Assembly (NCBI GenBank): GCA_038087875.1
Contig: JAXLNO010000337.1
Coordinates: forward strand, 62,001 to 117,072
DNA length: 55,072 nt
Origin: Malacoraja senta
Lineage: Eukaryota
Direction: 5' to 3'
Shown here: positions 49,401 through 55,072 of the stretch, piece after piece
Numbering within the stretch: position 1 is the stretch's first letter
How the letters are laid out: each line of letters opens with the position of its first letter
Made by a program: the position numbers and the translations under genes
Notes under the pieces: model-generated
Seen by the model: the letters and a program-made list of their open reading frames with translations, nothing else
Database searches by the model: none
What the model was told of the DNA's origin: nothing

Positions 49401-52400
49401 AGCCCCAACGCCAGCCGCGAAGCCCCAACGCCAGCCGCTAACCCCCAACGCCAGCCGCTAACCCCCAACGCCAGCTGCTAACCCCCAACGCCAGCCGCTC
49501 ACCCCCAAAGCCAGCCGCTAACCCCCAACGCCAGCCGCTAACCCCCAACGCCAGCCGCTAACCCCCAACGCCAGCCGCTAACCCCCAACGCCAGCCGCTA
49601 CCCCCCAACGCCTGCCGGTAAACCCCAACGCCTGCAGGTAAACCGCAACAGCAGCCGCTAAACCACAACGACAGCCGCTAAACTGCAACGGCAGCCGCTA
49701 AACCCCAACGGCACTCGAAACCCCAACACCAGCCTCAATACCCCAATGCCAGCCTCGAAACCCCAACGCCAGCCTCTGTACCCCAACGCCAGCCTCTGAA
49801 CCCCAATGCCAGCCTCTGAATCCCAACGCCAGCCTCTGAACCCCAACGCCAGCCTCTGAACCCCAACGCCAGCCTCTGAACCCCAACGCCAGCCTCTGAA
49901 CCCCAACGCCAGCCTCTGCACCCCAACGCCGGCCTCTGAACCCCAACGCCAGCCTCTGAACACCAACGCCAGCCTCTGAACCCCAACGCCAGCCTCGGAA
50001 CCCAACGCCAGGCTCGGAACCCCAACGCCAGCCTCGGAACCCCAACGCCAGCCTCTGAACCCCCAACGCCAGCCTCTGAACCCCCAACGCCTGCCTCTGA
50101 ACCCCCGACGCCAGCCTCTGAACCCCCAACGCCAGCCTCTGAACCCCAACGCTAGCCTCTGAACCCCAACGCCAGCCTCTGAACACCAACGCGAGCCTCT
50201 GAACCCCAACGCCAGCCTCTGAACCCCAACGCCAGCCTCTGAAACCCAACGCCAGCCGCGAAGCCCCAACGCCATCCACGAAGCCCCAACGCCAGCCGCG
50301 AAGCCCCAACGCCAACCGCGAAGCCCCAACTCCAGTCGCGAAGCCCCAACGCCAGCCGCGAAGCCCCAACGTCAGCCGCGAAGCCCCAACGCCAGTCGCG
50401 AAGCACCAACGCCAGCCGCTAACCACCAACAACAGCCCCGAGAACCCAACGACAGCCTTGAAACCCCAACGCAAGCCTCGGGACCTACGCCAGCCTCGAA
50501 ACCCCAACGCCAGCCTCGGCACCCACAAGCCAGACACTGAACCCCAACGCCAGCCTCGTAACCCCAACGCCAGCATCGAAACCCAACGCCAGCCGCGAAG
50601 CCCCAACGCCAGCCGCTAAACACCAACGCCAGCCGCGAAGCCCCACCGCCAGCCGCTAACCCCCAACGCCAGCCGAAACCCCCAACGCCAGCCGCTCAGC
50701 TCCAACGGCAGCCGCTCAACCCCAACGGCAGCCTAGAAACTCCAACGGCAGCCTCGAAACCCCAAACGGCAGCCTCGAAACCCCAACGGCAGCCTCGAAA
50801 CCCCAACGCCAGCCTCGAAACCCCAACGCCTGCAGATAAACCGCAACGGCAGCCGCTAAACCACAACGACAGCCGCTAAACCGCAACGGCAGCCGCTAAA
50901 CCCCAACGGCACTCGAAACCCCAACACCAGCCTCAATACCCCAACGCCAGCCTCTATCCACCAACGCCAGCCGCTCAACCCCAACGCCTGCAGCTAAACC
51001 CGAACGGCAGCCTCGAAACCCCAACAGCAGCCTCGAAACCCCAACGGCAGCCTCGAAACCCCAACGGCAGCCTCGAAACTCCAACGCCAGCCTCGAAACC
51101 CCAACGTCAACCTCGGAACCCCAACGCCAGCCTCGGAACCCCAACACCAGCCTCGGAACCACAACGCCATCCTCGGAACCCCAACGCCAGCCTCGGAACC
51201 CCAACGCCAGCCTCTGAACCACAACGCCAGCCTCGGAACCGCAACGCCAGCCTCGGAACCCGAACGCCAGCCCCGAAACCCCAACCACGAAACGCCAACC
51301 GCGAAGCCCCAACGCCAGCCGCTCAACCCCAACGCCTGCACGTAAACCACAGCGCCAGCCGCTGAACCCCAACGCAAGCCGCTGAACCCAACGCCGACCG
51401 CGAAGCCCCAACGCCGGCCGCGAAGCCCCAACGCCGGCCGCGAAGACCCAACGCCGGCCGCGAAGCCCCGCCGGCCGCGAAGCCCCAACGCCGGCCGCGA
51501 AACCCCAACGCCAGCCGCTCAACCCCAACGGCAGCCGCTAAACCCCAACGGCAGCCGCGAAACTCCGACGGCAGCCTCTGAACCCCGACGCCAGCATCTG
51601 AACCCCGACGCCAGCCGCTGAACGCCAACGCCAGCAGCGAAGCCCCAACACGAGCCGCGAAGCCCCAACGCCAGCCGCGAAGCCCCAACGCTAGCCGCTA
51701 ACCCCCAACGCCAGCCGCTAACCCCCAACGCCAGCCGCTAACCCCCAACGCCAGCCGCTAACCGCCAACGCCAGCCGCTAACCCCCCAACGCCAGCCTCG
51801 AAGCCCCATCGCCAGCCGCTAAACCCCAATGCCAGCCGCTCAACCCCCAACGCCAGTTCGTCAACCCCAACGCCTGCAGGTAAACCCCAACACCTGCAGC
51901 TAAACCCCAATGGCAGCCGCTAAACCTCAACGGCAGTCTCGAAACCCCAACGGCAGCCGCTCAACCCCAACGCCTGCAGGTAAACCCCAACGCCTGCAGC
52001 TAAACCCCAACGCCTGCAGCTAAACCCCAACGGCAGCCTCGAAACCCCAACGGCAGCCTCGAAACCCCAACGGCATCCACGAAACCCCAACGGCAGCCTC
52101 TATACGCCTACACCAGCCTCGAAACTCCAACGCCAGCCTCGAAACCCCAACGCCAGCCTCGAAACCCCAACGGCAGCCTCGAAACCCCAACGTCAGCCGC
52201 TCAACCCCAAGGCCAGCCGCTAAACCCCAACGGCAGCCGGACAACCCCAACGGCAGACGCTCAACCCCAACGCCAGCCGCTCAACCCCAACGCCAGCCTC
52301 TGAACCCCAACGCCAGCCTCTGAACCCCAACGCCAGCCTCTGAACCCCAACGCCAGCCTCTGAACCCCAACGCCAGCCGCAAAGCCCCAACGCTAGCCGC

Positions 52401-55072
52401 GAAGCCCTAACGCCAGCCGCTAACCCCTAAAGCCAGCCGCTAACCCCCAACGCCAGCCGCTCAACCCCAACGCCAGCCGCTCAACCCCAACGCCTGCAGG
52501 TAAACCCCAACGCCAGCCTCGAAACTCCAACGCCAGCCTCGAAACCCCAACGGCCAGCCTCGAAACCCCAACGGCAGCCTCGAATACCCAACGCCAGCCT
52601 CGAAACCCCAACGCCAGCCTCCATACCCCAACGCCAGCCTCCATACCCCAACCTTGATACACCCTCAGCCTCGAAACTCCGCCAGCTTCGAAACCCCAAC
52701 GGCAGGCCCAAAACGCCAACGCCAGCCGCGAAGCCCCAACGCCTGCAGGTAAACCCCAACGCCTGCAGCTAAACCCCAACGGCAGCCAAGAAACCCCAAC
52801 GGCAGCCAAGAAACCCCAACGCCAGCCTCGGAACCCCAACGCCAGCCTCGGAACCCCAACGCCAGCCTCGGAACCCCATCGACAGCCTCTGAACCCCAAC
52901 GCCAGCCTCAGAACCCCAACGCCAGCCTCTGAACCCCAACGCCAGCCGCGAAGCCCCAACGTCAGCCGCGAAGCCCCAACACCAGCAGCTAACCTCTAAA
53001 TACAGCCGCTAACCCCCAACGCCAGCCGCTCAACCCCAACGCCAGCCGCTCAACCCCAACGCCAGCCGCACAACCCCAACGCCTGCAGGTAAACTCCAAC
53101 GGCAGCCTCGAAACCCCAACGGCAGCCTCGAAACCCCAACGACAGCCTCGAAACCCCAACGGCAGCCTCGGAACCCCAACGCCAGCCTCGGAACCCCAAA
53201 GCCAGCCTCGGAACCCCAACGCCAGCCTCTGAACCCCAACGCCAGCCTCTGAACCCCAACGCCAGCCTCTGAACCCCAACGCCCGCCGCGGAACCCCAAC
53301 GCCAGCCACGAAACCCCAACGACAGCCGCTAACCCCCAACGACAGCCGCTAACCCCCAACAGAAGCCTCGAAATCCCAACGGCAGCCGCTAACCCCCAAC
53401 GCCAGCCGCTAACCCCCAACGCCAGGCGCTCAACCCCAACGACAGCCGCTAACCCCCAACGCCAGCCGCTCAACCCCCAACGCCAGCCATTCAACCCGAA
53501 CACCTGCAGGTAAACCCCAACACCTGCAGGTAAACCCCAACACCTGCAGCTAAACCCCAACGAAACCACAACGGCAGCCTCAAAACCCAAACGGCAGCCT
53601 CGAAACCACAACGGCAGCCTCGGGACTCCAACGGCAGCCTCGAAATCCCAACGCCAGCCTCGGAACCCCAACGCCAGCCTCTGAACCCCAGCCTCTGAAT
53701 CCCAACCTCTGAACCCCAACGCCAGTCTCTACCCCAACGCCAGCCTCTAAACCCCAACGCCACCCTCTGAACCCCAACTCCAGCCTCGTAACCCCAACGC
53801 CAGCCTCGAAACCCCAACGCCAGCCGCTAAACGGCAACGCCAGCCGCGAAGCCCAATCGCCAGACGCGAAGTCCCATCGCCAGCCGCTAAACCCCAATGC
53901 CAGCCGCTCAACCCCCAACGCCAGTTCGTCAACCCCAACGCCTGCAGGTAAACCCCAACGCCTGCAGATAAACCCCAACGGCAGCCTCGAAACCCCGATG
54001 GCAGCCTCGTAACCCCGACGGCAACCTCGAAACCCCGACGGCAGCCTCGAAACCCCGACTGCAGCCTCGAAACCCCAACGGCAGCCTCGAAACCCCAACG
54101 GCAGTCTCGAAACCCCAACGCCAGCCGCTAAACGCCAACCGCTACCCCCCAACGCCAGCCGCTTAACGCGCAACGCCAGCCATTCAACACGAATGCCTGC
54201 AGGTAAACACCAACGCCTGCAGCTAACCCGCAACGGCAGCCGCGAAACCCCAACGTCAGCCTCGAAACCCCAACGGCAGCCTCGGGACACCAAAGCCAAC
54301 CTCGGAACCCCAACGCCAGCCTCTGAACCCCAACGGCAGCCTCGCAACCCCAACGGCAGCCTCGAATCCCCAACGCCAGCCTTGAAACCCAAACGCCAGC
54401 CACGGAACCCCAACGCCAGCCTCGGGACTCCAACGCCAGCCTCGGGACTCCAACGCCAGCCTCGGGACTCCAACGCCAGCCTCTGAACCCCAACGCCAGC
54501 CGCTGAACCCCAACGCCAGCCGCAAATCCCCAACGCCAGCCTCTGAACCCCAACGGCAGGCGCTTAACCCCAACGGCAGCCGCTGAACCCCAACGCCAGC
54601 CGCTGAACGCCAACGCCAGCCGCGAAGCCCCCAATGCCAGCCGCTAACCCCCAACGCCAGCCGCCAACCCCCAACGCCAGCCGCTCAACCCCAACGCCAG
54701 CCGCACAACCCCAACGCCTGCAGGTAAACCCCAACGGCAGCCTCGAAACTCCAACAGCAGCCTCGAAACCCCAACGGCAGCCTCGAAACCCCAGCGCAAG
54801 CCTCGGAACCCCAACGCCAGCCTCTGAACACCAAAGCCAGCCTCGGAACCCCAACGCCAGCCTCTGAACCTCAACGCCAGCCTCTGAACCCCAACGCCAG
54901 CTTCTGAACCCCAACGCCAGCCGCTCAACCCCCAAGGACAGCCGCTAACCCCCAACAGCAGCCTTGAAATCCCAACGGCAGCCGCTAACCCCCAATGCCA
55001 GCCGCTCAACCCCAACGCCAGCCGCTGAACCCCAACGCCAGCCTCTTAACCCCCAGCGCCAGCCGCTCAACC
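22476..55072. repeat. 20-bp GC/CpG-rich satellite, block 2 (runs off the window end) with higher-order repeats
   Basis: Same monomer, one orientation throughout, no interrupting elements seen. HOR units of ~0.6-1.5 kb occur between ~26 and 41 kb; a different, more diverged variant set occurs from ~41 to 52 kb. Confidence 0.98.

Noticed and set aside
14067..55015. Hundreds of ORFs (GFRGWRW/GFEAGVG/VSRLAL on minus; PQRQP/NPNAS/TPTPA on plus), up to 471 aa
   Set aside because: A 20-bp monomer cycles through all three frames every 60 bp, so every frame gives the same low-complexity peptide. Open frames reflect stop-poor composition, most starts are non-ATG, and there is no domain or splice support.
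13186..55072. CRISPR-like array (constant repeat plus variable segment)
   Set aside because: The variable part is only ~4 nt drawn from a few recurring variants. There are no unique spacers or cas genes, and the context is vertebrate.
13186..55072. Canonical three-tier G4 motifs, CTCF sites or an immunoglobulin switch region
   Set aside because: G-tracts are ~15-16 nt apart, beyond canonical loop lengths, so only two-tier or long-loop G4 is plausible. The match to the CTCF core is weak, and there are no Ig gene segments or dense AGCT pentamers.

Overview
Eukaryotic (vertebrate) genomic DNA. The repeat landscape (CR1/HER1-type LINEs, HE1-type SINE tails, Penelope-derived hairpins, Rex/Babar, RTE, fish-type L1) points to a cartilaginous fish, probably a skate or ray; this is inference. 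The first ~13 kb holds three consecutive minus-strand coding exons of the DNA glycosylase gene NEIL3: a RanBP2-type zinc-finger exon, a linker exon and the first GRF zinc-finger exon. All have GT-AG sites and compatible phases, and they sit in nested retroelement and DNA-transposon debris. The last exon lies left of the window, and no upstream exon was found anywhere to the right. From ~13.19 kb to the window end lies a CpG-rich, strongly strand-skewed 20-bp satellite (about AACCCCAACGCCAGCC+NNNN) with telomere-like CTAACCC variants. It has a layered higher-order-repeat (HOR) organisation and is interrupted once by a ~9.3-kb tandem duplication with a 3-bp microhomology junction. The most notable observations are: (i) a >40-kb G-skewed satellite apparently inside a NEIL3 intron; (ii) a near-perfect 191-bp palindromic Penelope-derived insertion with a 14-bp target-site duplication (TSD) and a hammerhead-ribozyme core on both strands; (iii) inverted LINE pairs bracketing the NEIL3 exons, a circRNA-prone architecture; (iv) the HOR history of the array. 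The hundreds of ORFs over the satellite are artefacts of its periodicity.
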